DNA from: a virus
Taxonomy: Duplodnaviria; Caudoviricetes
Length of the DNA: 37,548 nt
Reading direction: 5' to 3' (one strand)
Virus record (IMG/VR): IMGVR_UViG_3300025018_000298
Location: 1-37,548 of that record
A model generated the notes under the pieces. That model was given only the letters and a program-made list of their open reading frames with translations. It searched no databases and had not been told where the DNA came from. The position numbers and the translations under genes are program-made. Below, one piece after another: positions 18,539 through 28,425 of this stretch (position 1 is the first letter of the stretch; every line of letters begins with the position of its first letter).

Positions 18539-19524
18539 TATACTATACTCAACAATTGGTCTAAGTTTTTCTTGGATTGTTTGAGCTGTTTATTAATTAA
18601 ATCATCTTGTCTAAGAACATCTCTTTCATCAGTTACAATACCTAAACCCGTAGCATTTCTAGCTGTCCTAGCAGCTATCTCTTTAGCAGCTTGTTCTGCG
18701 TTATATTTAGCTACATCAGATGTATAAGCTCTATCAGTACTTACTACGTTACTTTTACCTGTATCTATATTAAGTAAATTACTTGTTCTATTTTGATCTC
18801 TATTTTGAACTAGCCCACTAAACTCACTTAAGGCTCTAGTTTTCTCTGCCATCTCTGCCAGCATAATATCATTCTCTAAACCTCTTCGGGATGTTACAGC
18901 TTGTATTAACGCAGGGTTAAAAGCTGCACCGGCTATTCCTCCCCGAATACCCCTATTTAGGTTGAATGCCTGTGCAGCTCTTAACCCTGTGTTAAGTGTT
19001 TGATTAATACTTGTTCTAGCATTTAACCCTAATGCTTCTCTTTCTTGAGGAGTATACCCTGCCTCAGCTCGTTGCTTTAATGTATTTAAACTATATTGTA
19101 ATTCAGGTGAATCGACTAATGCTTGCTGTCTATTCTGATCATAATTAGCTAAAAGATTATCTACATCTCCAGTACGTTGTGCCTGTATCCTATCTAAAAA
19201 AGGTGTATCGATTACATCAGGAGCTAATGCCTTACCTATTTCTACTCCTTTGTTAACATTCTTTTCAGATATAGCTCCAGCTACGTCAGACTTACCTGAC
19301 TCTTTAACAAGTTTATTCGTTTGCTTATCATTTAATCCTAATTCTTTAGCTTTCTCTTTTGCCTGTTGTTTGGAAGTTTTAGGTGCATCTGGATCTGTCT
19401 TACTAGCTCTACGGGCAGCTTGAAGCGCAGCTAACTTAGCAGCTCCCTTCTCTCCTAGTGTACCTGCTTTCTTCTTAGCTTTAAGTTTTTTCAGTTTATT
19501 TTTTTCTTGTTTTGTTAATGCCAT
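18538..19524 (-). CDS. Putative ejection/internal virion protein with very basic N-terminus
   Basis: Helical, RGIRGG..G motif and YNA motif; follows the fibre gene. Confidence 0.55.
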   Translation of the reverse strand: MALTKQEKNKLKKLKAKKKAGTLGEKGAAKLAALQAARRASKTDPDAPKTSKQQAKEKAKELGLNDKQTNKLVKESGKSDVAGAISEKNVNKGVEIGKALAPDVIDTPFLDRIQAQRTGDVDNLLANYDQNRQQALVDSPELQYSLNTLKQRAEAGYTPQEREALGLNARTSINQTLNTGLRAAQAFNLNRGIRGGIAGAAFNPALIQAVTSRRGLENDIMLAEMAEKTRALSEFSGLVQNRDQNRTSNLLNIDTGKSNVVSTDRAYTSDVAKYNAEQAAKEIAARTARNATGLGIVTDERDVLRQDDLINKQLKQSKKNLDQLLSIV

Positions 19525-19576
19525 AATATACCCATGTTACCAAAAATACTGTTTTTATGTAATGTCTTATTGAGAC

Positions 19577-20599
19577 TTATGCACTCCTTTTAAAAGCAGC
19601 CATTAAACTAACTCCTCTATTACCTCCAGCAGAAATTGTACCTAAGTCATATTTAGTACATACCAACTTACTAGTACTATCTGGATATACTGTACCGCTA
19701 TACGCTAAGTCCGGAGCACTCATATGTATACCACACCCTACATGTTGACGAACTAATACTGTAACTGTGGGGGGCCATGTAATTGTAAAATACTTAGCAG
19801 TTCCATTATTAGTAATTCCTAGCTGCCTAATTCTCAGCCATATTAAATCCTCATCTATTAAATATTCTGCTAAATTTACAGTTATATTTGTCCACGTCCC
19901 CGCAGAAATACCCAATGTAGGAGTCCATGCTGTCCAAACAGCACTATAATCTATAAGATACCAGCCTCCTGCTCCTCCATTTAAAGCAGTGTCATATTCT
20001 ACTGTAACGGGTCTAAGGTATCCTAATTCTCCTCCGACTAAAACAAACCCAGTTCTTAAGTAAACATTTTTAGCCCCTAAAGAATTTACGTTTATAGTAC
20101 TTGATGTAGTATTACCAGCATGTATTTTTAAATTTAAACGCATACCGTTTGCATAAGCACTAGGAGCAGTAGGTAAAGTTACTGTATACGCACCAGCACT
20201 GCCGGTAGTTAGTATATATTTGTGATAATTCTTAATATTGTTCTGTACAGTAGTGTAAGTTTGTAAATCGGATATTTGAGATTCAGTAATACTTAAAGCT
20301 GCCGCATGTTGAGTAACATTAGACTCAGCTATTCTAGCATCTGCAAAAGTACCTGTAGTTACATCTGCTGTAGCATGTACATGTGAACTAGCCGCTATAC
20401 CTGCCTCAGCTAAGGTTTTATTTCTCCACACATTACCAGAAGCATCGAATAGTAGAACGTTATTACTAGCAGGATTAGATATTTTAACATCTCTTAAATG
20501 TGTTTTTAAGTGAGTGTTTTGTAACGCAGCGCGCCAAGTAATTAATGTATTCCTAGTATCGTTAAATATTGGAAAAGCACGGTTAGGTTGTAAACTCAT
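19577..20599 (-). CDS. Tail fibre / receptor-binding protein
   Basis: SHVH motif, AY.NGMR...KIH..NT...TINVNSLG module, W.AWTPT-initiated C-terminal beta domain. Confidence 0.75.
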   Translation of the reverse strand: MSLQPNRAFPIFNDTRNTLITWRAALQNTHLKTHLRDVKISNPASNNVLLFDASGNVWRNKTLAEAGIAASSHVHATADVTTGTFADARIAESNVTQHAAALSITESQISDLQTYTTVQNNIKNYHKYILTTGSAGAYTVTLPTAPSAYANGMRLNLKIHAGNTTSSTINVNSLGAKNVYLRTGFVLVGGELGYLRPVTVEYDTALNGGAGGWYLIDYSAVWTAWTPTLGISAGTWTNITVNLAEYLIDEDLIWLRIRQLGITNNGTAKYFTITWPPTVTVLVRQHVGCGIHMSAPDLAYSGTVYPDSTSKLVCTKYDLGTISAGGNRGVSLMAAFKRSA

Positions 20600-23223
20600 T
20601 CTGGCTCTAAGTCACCTCCCTCATAATCGATAAAGTAACCTAGTTCTATTCCTGTAAATCGTAAGTCTTCATATATAGTACTATTAGCTATCTCTATAAG
20701 AATACTTAAAAAATCCCTATCTATAAACTCTTCTAATACTTCTATAGTAGTTACATCTGAAAAATCTAACTTAGCAGAACTAAATGCATTATTACTATTT
20801 GTTTCATCCACGAAATCTAAATAAGCCCTAGCTATGTACATACCACCTACAGTGTTAGCTCTAGTTAGTCGCCATAGTCGTATACTATTTAACCTCTTAT
20901 AGACCGATGGATTATTAAAATGCTCCCAAGGGGTGTGATATTTAGTATCTATAGCGACAGTATTGTCTGCTAGTCTGTACATATCTGTACGTCTTAATTC
21001 TCTAGCTATGTATCCTCTGGAAATAGTTCCTGTAGGGTTAAATGTACCAGCTATATGTAACCTATCATCCTTGATACACATGCCTCCAGTACCACCTAGT
21101 ACCTTTAAATCAGATGACCAGTCGTACCATCTATCGCCTAAATCTCCTTCTAATCGCTCTTCGTATACCAACAATTTAACAGTACTAGTATATATATAAT
21201 TGGAATTTACACCGCTTTCTATAGGTACGGCTACTATATACCATTTACGTAACGCATCATATACGGCAGTAGCATGTTTAAAATATACTTTGTCGGTAAT
21301 AATACCTATATCCGGTGTAACAACACTGTCAGTATCTATTAAATCCTTAAAATAAGGAGCTAACCTTGTATTAAATTCAGGATCTGTATGCCCATTAACT
21401 AATCTTTGTGGTCCTCTAAAAGATAAGAAATATAGAATCTTCCTACCGTCTAAATCTTCTCCTGATTTTATAGTATCGTGAGATACACATCCAATGCCAG
21501 TATTGATAGTCTCTACATAAATATCAGGAGGTTGCCCAGGATCTATAATTTTAAGGTTGCCGTGTACAATTGTGTACGACTTTTCTTTAAAGATATATAG
21601 ACGTTCACCATCAGACCCTAGACCGTTAACATTACCTAGACCGGATGAGCTAACATCTATAGTATTTGAATCTGGTACATACTCAGGGTTAGTAATGTCG
21701 GATATAAATACTTCCTGTTCTCTGCCTGGTACACCTGCATATATAGCTAAATCTTGATGTGTGCATATGAATCTAGCAGGAGGAGGCGCATCCCTGGTTA
21801 TAGCTGGCTCTACTAATTCAGCGTTTAAAACTAACGACACATCTGGTAACTGGTCAGAGTAATCACTAGTAGTAACTATTGTAGATAATGCTTGCTCACC
21901 AGCATAGTAGAACAGTGCTCCAGATTCGATAGTTCGATATACTTCAGTCACTACATTACTTATATAGGCACCATCTACTACAGATACAACTTTTGATACA
22001 GTTATAGTAGTAGATGTACTATCAACTACAAGAGTCCGTACCGTAGTCCTAACCCCTGAAGATACTTCGGATACATATACCGTATCCTCTAACTCTATAG
22101 TATGTCCTATAGCTACTGTTATGGTAGTTACATCGATTTGTGCCCCGTTAACTACAGCACTCTTAATCCTATAATCATCTAAGTAAGATCCTATCTTAAA
22201 CTTAATTGTTACAGCATCTCTACCCCCAGACCCACCATCTGTAACGGTAATAGCCGTACCTTCTAAATCAACAAACTTAGAATATACTGTGTTTTCTCTA
22301 AAGTCTTCTCTGCGTAACCTAACTCTATAAGTATATGTACCTGCTGGTAAATTAGTACCATCTATACCATTAGTTAAACTAAATATTTCTACCGTAGGTA
22401 ATCCTACTCTATAACACTCATAGCCATCATATTTAAATATGTACTGTGCATTAACTCCTGCAGATATTACACCTTGCTGATCTCTAGCCCAATACACTAC
22501 GTTATTAAGTACTATAGCATTAGGATTAGTAAATGATTCAGTGGTAAAATCCTGTATATACGCTGATACACTAGGCCCAGTACTTATAGGCTGCATACAT
22601 CCGAAATAAAAAAAGATTCCTTCTGAAGATATTACTGTAGATTCTATAGGCCCTAATACAGCTACAGGAGTATATGTACCCACTACTCCTCCATGTGCCA
22701 CTACACATGTCCAATCTGTTTCAGAATTTATATTATCAACTAAAGTACTTACTGTAGATGGAGTTGCTTCTAGTCCTGTACCGTAGGTTTTAGGCCAATT
22801 AGTTACAGCTACTCCATCCACTTTTAGTGTAGCTGTCCATACCCCAGCATTAACTACTAGCTCTAAAGTACCTACACCTACTCCTGTGTAAGCTACAATT
22901 ATAAAATTAGCTCCCGTATATGCATGAAGTTTTCGTAATCCATCTGTTGGGTCATTCATCCAACACATAGTTATTTCAAATACTGTACCATCTGTATCTT
23001 TTAAATAGAAACTAGACAGGCCACGCATAGTATCTTCCTGAAAACTATGGTATGAATATTGAGAATATAATTGAAACCCGTTTCGTTTATCGAACTCTTC
23101 GGAAGTATTTACTACGCCATTTTTAAGTACTAAGGAATAAGGGAACTGTCTAGTAAGCCTATTTCTAGCTAGAGAAATACCTTTGATACTGTCGCCAAAT
23201 ATTTTGTTTATAACTCTTGTCAT
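20596..23223 (-). CDS. Tail nozzle / tail tubular protein B-like (beta-propeller)
   Basis: 875 aa beta-rich; VFISD..NPE, LYIFKE, GIGCVSHDTI, FLS.RG, P.V.KR motifs; follows the adaptor. Confidence 0.75.
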   Translation of the reverse strand: MTRVINKIFGDSIKGISLARNRLTRQFPYSLVLKNGVVNTSEEFDKRNGFQLYSQYSYHSFQEDTMRGLSSFYLKDTDGTVFEITMCWMNDPTDGLRKLHAYTGANFIIVAYTGVGVGTLELVVNAGVWTATLKVDGVAVTNWPKTYGTGLEATPSTVSTLVDNINSETDWTCVVAHGGVVGTYTPVAVLGPIESTVISSEGIFFYFGCMQPISTGPSVSAYIQDFTTESFTNPNAIVLNNVVYWARDQQGVISAGVNAQYIFKYDGYECYRVGLPTVEIFSLTNGIDGTNLPAGTYTYRVRLRREDFRENTVYSKFVDLEGTAITVTDGGSGGRDAVTIKFKIGSYLDDYRIKSAVVNGAQIDVTTITVAIGHTIELEDTVYVSEVSSGVRTTVRTLVVDSTSTTITVSKVVSVVDGAYISNVVTEVYRTIESGALFYYAGEQALSTIVTTSDYSDQLPDVSLVLNAELVEPAITRDAPPPARFICTHQDLAIYAGVPGREQEVFISDITNPEYVPDSNTIDVSSSGLGNVNGLGSDGERLYIFKEKSYTIVHGNLKIIDPGQPPDIYVETINTGIGCVSHDTIKSGEDLDGRKILYFLSFRGPQRLVNGHTDPEFNTRLAPYFKDLIDTDSVVTPDIGIITDKVYFKHATAVYDALRKWYIVAVPIESGVNSNYIYTSTVKLLVYEERLEGDLGDRWYDWSSDLKVLGGTGGMCIKDDRLHIAGTFNPTGTISRGYIARELRRTDMYRLADNTVAIDTKYHTPWEHFNNPSVYKRLNSIRLWRLTRANTVGGMYIARAYLDFVDETNSNNAFSSAKLDFSDVTTIEVLEEFIDRDFLSILIEIANSTIYEDLRFTGIELGYFIDYEGGDLEPE

Positions 23224-23232
23224 ACCACATTA

Positions 23233-24165
23233 TTAATCTAAATAAGGAATCTCTTGTATCTCTTGTCCTAAACTAACATATGCTTCTAATATCTCTTTCT
23301 CTTTCGCTACTAAAGCTGCTTCGGCTGCTTTGGAGAACGCTGTGGACCCTTTACGACCTAAAATACGCCATATAACATATAGTACTAAATAATTATCGAA
23401 AGTGTCAGGTAATTCAGAATGGGTAGTTTTATACTTACCCACACAAACATAATCTCCTACAGCTGGTAATGTATCATTAATACCTAACTCAAAACTGTCT
23501 ACTGTAATAACTAATGAGGAATAACCAGTTACAGGAAGATTTTTAGCTATTCTATTACCATCTTTATCTACTACACATATATAATCCCCTACTTCTAAAT
23601 CCGCTAATACCGTGTCTGTTCCATCAGGAGTAGGAGACGATGAAGCTAATGTTATAGATGTTATAGGACTAACAGGTGTACCAGCTCCAATTATAGAGGC
23701 TATTTTACCTCTACGAATATCTAAATCCTCTACTTCTGCCTCGTAGTTAACTCTAAGTTTGTAGGCTGTAGAATCTGGTATAGGGTTAAGTAATACGCTA
23801 GCTCCTCTACGTAAATACTCTTCAGGTAACCCCGTGTTATTATTTCTAGCATGAAAATTACTTTTTTTAAGACGGCAATAATCTTGTAAATTACCGGAAC
23901 TGGATATCTCAAAACTTACGAATCTGTTATTTATATAGACTCTATAATCTGTTATAGAATAGGCTTCTTGATCTACTACAGTACTCTGGATATCTTCTTT
24001 AATATTAAACAAAGCATAGGATGAGGATATAAGAGCTTGTGCTCTATCTTGTGCATCATTAATATACTCTAACAAAGTATTCTGCTCGATACCTTTAGTA
24101 GTAGTAGCATCTTTAACGGCCGCATCTTTTCTAGCCCTATTAAGTTGTGCATCTACTCTACGCAT
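23233..24165 (-). CDS. Head-tail adaptor / tail tubular protein A-like
   Basis: LLEYINDAQ, G.PE.Y, LNPIPD...YKLRVNY, SELP..F..YLV.Y. Confidence 0.75.
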   Translation of the reverse strand: MRRVDAQLNRARKDAAVKDATTTKGIEQNTLLEYINDAQDRAQALISSSYALFNIKEDIQSTVVDQEAYSITDYRVYINNRFVSFEISSSGNLQDYCRLKKSNFHARNNNTGLPEEYLRRGASVLLNPIPDSTAYKLRVNYEAEVEDLDIRRGKIASIIGAGTPVSPITSITLASSSPTPDGTDTVLADLEVGDYICVVDKDGNRIAKNLPVTGYSSLVITVDSFELGINDTLPAVGDYVCVGKYKTTHSELPDTFDNYLVLYVIWRILGRKGSTAFSKAAEAALVAKEKEILEAYVSLGQEIQEIPYLD

Positions 24166-24415
24166 TACGTCTTTTCTTTACGGCTATTAAAGCTAATCTC
24201 TTAGCATTGCTTTTAGAATCCTCAATATCCTCATCATAGTCCGTATCCCTATTTGTAGATAGCTCCATATCCATGCCGGCTTCTTCATCATCTTCATGCT
24301 CTGCTCCTTGCGATTCAGCGAACGTAACCATACGTTCTGCCATCTCCATCATACTACTAGCGTACTCTTGCATACGTTTACCGTCTGCTAGTAACTTATT
24401 TGCACTTATCTTCAT
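24158..24415 (-). CDS. Hypothetical acidic protein
   Basis: 85-aa ORF tightly packed in the late operon. Confidence 0.6.
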   Translation of the reverse strand: MKISANKLLADGKRMQEYASSMMEMAERMVTFAESQGAEHEDDEEAGMDMELSTNRDTDYDEDIEDSKSNAKRLALIAVKKRRNA

Positions 24416-24416
24416 A

Positions 24417-25943
24417 TTAGGCTCCTAAAATACTAGTTAAATTATTAGCAGACTGTGCGAACCTATCCCTAGATGCAGGTACTGCTGTAGATTGTCCGAT
24501 AATACTATCTATCTTACCTTGTTGTTGCATAATTAAATTAGTAAGAATACTTTTTTTCTGTGCCGCTTCAGCCGCTGCTTGAGCATCGGCTTGTGCAGCT
24601 TGAGCATCGGCCCTAACAGAGGCCGCTAAGGCTGCTTGCTGTTCATAACTAGTAGGTGTACTAGTAGGCTGTTGAGGAGCACTAGGAGCTATACCTAACT
24701 CTTCTTTGGATGCTACTAATCCTGGTACTTGTGCACTTCTAAGTACAATATTAGGATTATCTGCAATACTAGGTTGAGGAACTTGAGTAGATAATACATC
24801 TTGAGGTACTACTACAGACTCCTGCACCTGATTCTGTATAGTAGGTACTAAATTATCATGATTACCTACTGTAGGCATCCTATCAGGATGTTCATTACCT
24901 AAAGTATTAACTGGCTGATCTAATACTACCCCTGCCGTAGCTGTATTGTTACTAAACCCCTGACTAGGATCTGAATTATAGGCTCCTTGAGGTTGTGCTG
25001 GATCTTGTTCTATCGGTGTACCTGGAGGAGTTAACGAAGCATGTCCATACAATTGTCTAATACCGTTTGAATATGCTAAAAACTCATGCTCATTAATCTT
25101 ACCTAAATCGTATAAACTCTGGAGAGATCCTAGTGCCATCTCCTCAGTACTTACTCCAGTCTGTTTAGCTGCTTCCCCAAACGTCTTTTCATAAAAAAAC
25201 TTAGCATTATTCTGCACACCTTTAATATTATCTGCATTAGCTAAGGATGCATTAGTAAAATACCCTGTACCTTGACCAGATAACATCTGCTCGCTACCAC
25301 CTGCAAGCATAGCTCCTAAAGGATTCATAAACCCTATGGCTTGCTGAGTTAATGGATTAGACTGGTCTACATCGTAAGGATGCATTTCACCTCCCTCTAA
25401 TGTAGGTAACTTATTTTGACCATCTAAACCTATGTTATACATACTACCATCAGCTAATTCTATAAAATGCCCTCTATCTGTATTAATGGCTAAATTGATA
25501 CCCTCCAACCCTTTCCTCCAACGATCACGCATTAGCTGCTCGTCAGATTTACCAGACCCAAATAACTGACCGGCTACTACATCAGGTCTAAATATTGCAG
25601 TACCTGCCTGAACGAACGGTCTTACTTCTTGAGGAGTAGCTCGGTCTATAATACCTCCAACACCTGTAGGATCTGATATTTGCTGAATTTCTTGACTAGA
25701 CAAAGCTCCTCCACCAGATGCCTTTTTAGCTTGCCTATACCCTCTATACCCAGAATACAAAGACATTAGTACTGTTATAGGTAGTGCTGTAGTTAACGCA
25801 GAACCAGCTCCTGATATAATACTACCATCTTGTATAGCTGAAGATGCTCCACCTACACCGGCAATTATACCTGCTCCCTGTGCGGCATTAGATGCTTGTT
25901 GATTATCATCCTGAGCTAACGAATTACCTAAAATAGTAGACAT
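24417..25943 (-). CDS. Putative virion (ejection-type) protein
   Basis: 508 aa; Gly/Ala-rich N-terminus with a TM-like segment and Gln/Pro-rich C-terminus. Confidence 0.5.
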   Translation of the reverse strand: MSTILGNSLAQDDNQQASNAAQGAGIIAGVGGASSAIQDGSIISGAGSALTTALPITVLMSLYSGYRGYRQAKKASGGGALSSQEIQQISDPTGVGGIIDRATPQEVRPFVQAGTAIFRPDVVAGQLFGSGKSDEQLMRDRWRKGLEGINLAINTDRGHFIELADGSMYNIGLDGQNKLPTLEGGEMHPYDVDQSNPLTQQAIGFMNPLGAMLAGGSEQMLSGQGTGYFTNASLANADNIKGVQNNAKFFYEKTFGEAAKQTGVSTEEMALGSLQSLYDLGKINEHEFLAYSNGIRQLYGHASLTPPGTPIEQDPAQPQGAYNSDPSQGFSNNTATAGVVLDQPVNTLGNEHPDRMPTVGNHDNLVPTIQNQVQESVVVPQDVLSTQVPQPSIADNPNIVLRSAQVPGLVASKEELGIAPSAPQQPTSTPTSYEQQAALAASVRADAQAAQADAQAAAEAAQKKSILTNLIMQQQGKIDSIIGQSTAVPASRDRFAQSANNLTSILGA

Positions 25944-25944
25944 A

Positions 25945-26682
25945 TTACCTTAATAAAGACTGATTTAAATTAGCTACATTAGCGGCTAGACTGCTTCCAT
26001 TACCTCTACTACCACCTATACGCTGTGAGATAATAGAATTTCTTTGGTTTTGGTTAGCTAGTATAGCTTCAAACATTCTAGCTTTCTTAGCTTGTTCTGC
26101 TTGAAATGCTCTAGACTCTGCAGCTAAACTAGCTGTCTGTTCCCTGTTTAGTGCAGCCTGTTCGGATGAAAAATCTCTACCCTTCTGATTCTCCGATATT
26201 TGAGTATCCCTATTCTTCTGTGCCTCACCAGACTGAAACTCTCTATTTTCTTTAGCATCTGCCTGTTGTAGTAGACTAGTAGCTAAACTACTACCAGCTA
26301 CAAATAACCCAGATAACCCCGCTGGAGACGTTAAACCGGACACTAGTTGAGATCCAAAACTTTTAGGATTTGTAGTCTCAGGTATTTTAGTTAAAGATTC
26401 TGTAGTATTTGCAGCTAAGGTAGGAGCTAAAACAGCTCCCGTAGCTATACTAGGATTTACCGCTAATGGACTGCTTAAATCTGCGATTGTAGGCGCATTT
26501 ATACTATAGCTATTAGCAGCACTAGGTATACTAGCTGCTAATTGACTATCTATAGCAGATGTTTCAGGTGCACTTCCTAATAATCCTCCAGTAGCACTAT
26601 AAAACTCGTTAGGAAAAAAATAACTTCCAGCGTATGCACCTACTAGGCCGATTCCTATTTTTTCTAAAGTACTTAGACCCAT
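25945..26682 (-). CDS. Putative DNA pilot-like virion protein
   Basis: Hydrophobic segments followed by 11-residue repeats (EAQKNRD..). Confidence 0.5.
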   Translation of the reverse strand: MGLSTLEKIGIGLVGAYAGSYFFPNEFYSATGGLLGSAPETSAIDSQLAASIPSAANSYSINAPTIADLSSPLAVNPSIATGAVLAPTLAANTTESLTKIPETTNPKSFGSQLVSGLTSPAGLSGLFVAGSSLATSLLQQADAKENREFQSGEAQKNRDTQISENQKGRDFSSEQAALNREQTASLAAESRAFQAEQAKKARMFEAILANQNQRNSIISQRIGGSRGNGSSLAANVANLNQSLLR

Positions 26683-26690
26683 ACATACCC

Positions 26691-27182
26691 TTAATCAATC
26701 TCTATAAATAATGCTCCCGAAATATCTGTTGTAGCAGCTTGATTTAATATGCCACCCGCTAGTAATACTAAATACAGATTAAGATTCTCTACATTATCTG
26801 ACCCAGGTTGCAGCTCAAATGGTATAGGGCTTTGATTTATCGCAGGTAAGGCTACAGAGTTACCTACAAACTGTCGATGCCTAGTTAAAGCTAAATCAGC
26901 AATAACTTTACTTAAATCCGCAGCCGCAATTGTTAATGCTGAATTTTCAGTAAATGTAGTACCACTAGGGTTAGCATTAAAAAATATTAAGCTAAGGTCT
27001 ACAGCATGTGACACTCGGTTATGTATGGCTGCTCCTACAATTTTACCGCTGTTTAACCCTGACCTAACCACATTAGACACTGTAACTAGGCCACCTACTA
27101 CATCTCCACTACTATAATCAGGGAGAGCTTCTACAGTAAAAGTTAAATCTATTTGAGTTGTCTTATTAGCTACTAGTTTCAT
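26691..27182 (-). CDS. Putative structural beta-sandwich protein
   Basis: YSSGDVVGG..., L.LIFF...P pattern; lies in the head gene region. Confidence 0.5.
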   Translation of the reverse strand: MKLVANKTTQIDLTFTVEALPDYSSGDVVGGLVTVSNVVRSGLNSGKIVGAAIHNRVSHAVDLSLIFFNANPSGTTFTENSALTIAAADLSKVIADLALTRHRQFVGNSVALPAINQSPIPFELQPGSDNVENLNLYLVLLAGGILNQAATTDISGALFIEID

Positions 27183-27188
27183 ATTCTA

Positions 27189-28199
27189 CTACCCTTGATA
27201 ATATTCGTTAGCATCATCGTAGGCTAATATAAAGCCCTGAAAAGATGAATCCTGCGCACTACCGCCGGCACTAGTGACTAATATCTGAACACTATCTGTA
27301 TCTTCTGCGTTTGTATGTAATCTGTAGTATGAGGAGAAAATAGGGATTAATGTACGTGCTCTAGCCTTAGTTAAGGTTAAAGTATAATCTCCTACACCAT
27401 TATCCGTAATTATACCATAATCACTTCCAATACTTATAGATGGAACACCTGAAGTAACTTCTACATAGATAGGTATAATCTCAGGTTTACGATGTGGTAC
27501 TTTTATATTACGTCGTAAATCATGTTGTTCTACTAAGGAATCAGATCCTAATACAAATAGATGCACATTTCTATGGGCAGCTACCCCCGATATATCCCCA
27601 CATAAAATCTGTACAGTACTACGTGTAACAGTACCTATCTTAACTCCACCACTATTACCTGACAGGCAAGCTACTACTACAGGTACTCTATTAAATGGCC
27701 TTTTAAAGGTTATAGTGTAATCTCCTGCCGCGGCTCCCGTTAAAGCTACAGTAGCATCCATTGCTCCGATAGCTACTGTAGGAGACGCTCCTCCAATTAT
27801 CTTTAACCCCATAGCTCTCGGACGGTCATATACCGTATGTACAGCTTGTTTGGGTACATAGTCTGTACTATTAGACATAAACCCTAATGTTATCATATGT
27901 ACAATAGTATCTTCAGCTACACCACTTGCATTAGAGGTTATAGATCTAATTATAGCGACATTAGGTGTAATATTAATAGATGCAAAGCCACCTAACGTAG
28001 CAGTGCTACCTGGAGAATATACTGTTACAGGTTCTCTATGGAAATTAGTACTTAATACTAACTGATTTAACCCTGCCCCAGGTCTGCCAAACACACCTAG
28101 TAAAGCCCCTATAGAAGCAGTTACATCTACGCCATCATTGGTCGATGTAGACCCTATTAATTTAGGTAGTAAGTAATTCGTTTGAAGTGTTCGTAACAT
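27189..28199 (-). CDS. Putative capsid decoration protein with three tandem ~110-aa beta domains
   Basis: Internal repeats GLNQLVL..NF.REPV / GDYTITF.RPF.RVPV / GDYTLTL.KA...; sits just downstream of the capsid gene. Confidence 0.6.
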   Translation of the reverse strand: MLRTLQTNYLLPKLIGSTSTNDGVDVTASIGALLGVFGRPGAGLNQLVLSTNFHREPVTVYSPGSTATLGGFASINITPNVAIIRSITSNASGVAEDTIVHMITLGFMSNSTDYVPKQAVHTVYDRPRAMGLKIIGGASPTVAIGAMDATVALTGAAAGDYTITFKRPFNRVPVVVACLSGNSGGVKIGTVTRSTVQILCGDISGVAAHRNVHLFVLGSDSLVEQHDLRRNIKVPHRKPEIIPIYVEVTSGVPSISIGSDYGIITDNGVGDYTLTLTKARARTLIPIFSSYYRLHTNAEDTDSVQILVTSAGGSAQDSSFQGFILAYDDANEYYQG

Positions 28200-28224
28200 C
28201 TCAGGTTAACCTCTGGTTATTAGT

Positions 28225-28255
28225 AAAAAGTAGGCTAAAAACTTCTTAGCCTACT
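28225..28255 (-). terminator. Intrinsic terminator downstream of the capsid gene and small ORF
   Basis: AGTAGGCTAA (28229-28238) / TTAGCCTACT (28246-28255), with a U-tract on the - strand. Confidence 0.8.
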
Positions 28256-28267
28256 CTTATTAGTTTA

Positions 28268-28372
28268 TTACCTAGCTCCAGCGCATAAACATTCATCGGC
28301 ATAGGCAGTAACTACTGACAAAATCAATAGTAATACCACTAAATTAACTTTGTTAACTATCTTTTTAAACAT
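28268..28372 (-). CDS. 34-aa peptide with signal sequence, MFKKIVNKVNLVVLLLILSVVTAYADECLCAGAR (not in ORF track)
   Basis: Hand translation. AGGAG RBS, n/h/c regions with an AYA|D site, double TAA stop. Confidence 0.65.
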   Translation of the reverse strand: MFKKIVNKVNLVVLLLILSVVTAYADECLCAGAR

Positions 28373-28425
28373 TTTACGCTCCTAGCTTAGATTATTTAAA
28401 CTAAGAATAAATTCCTATATTTATC

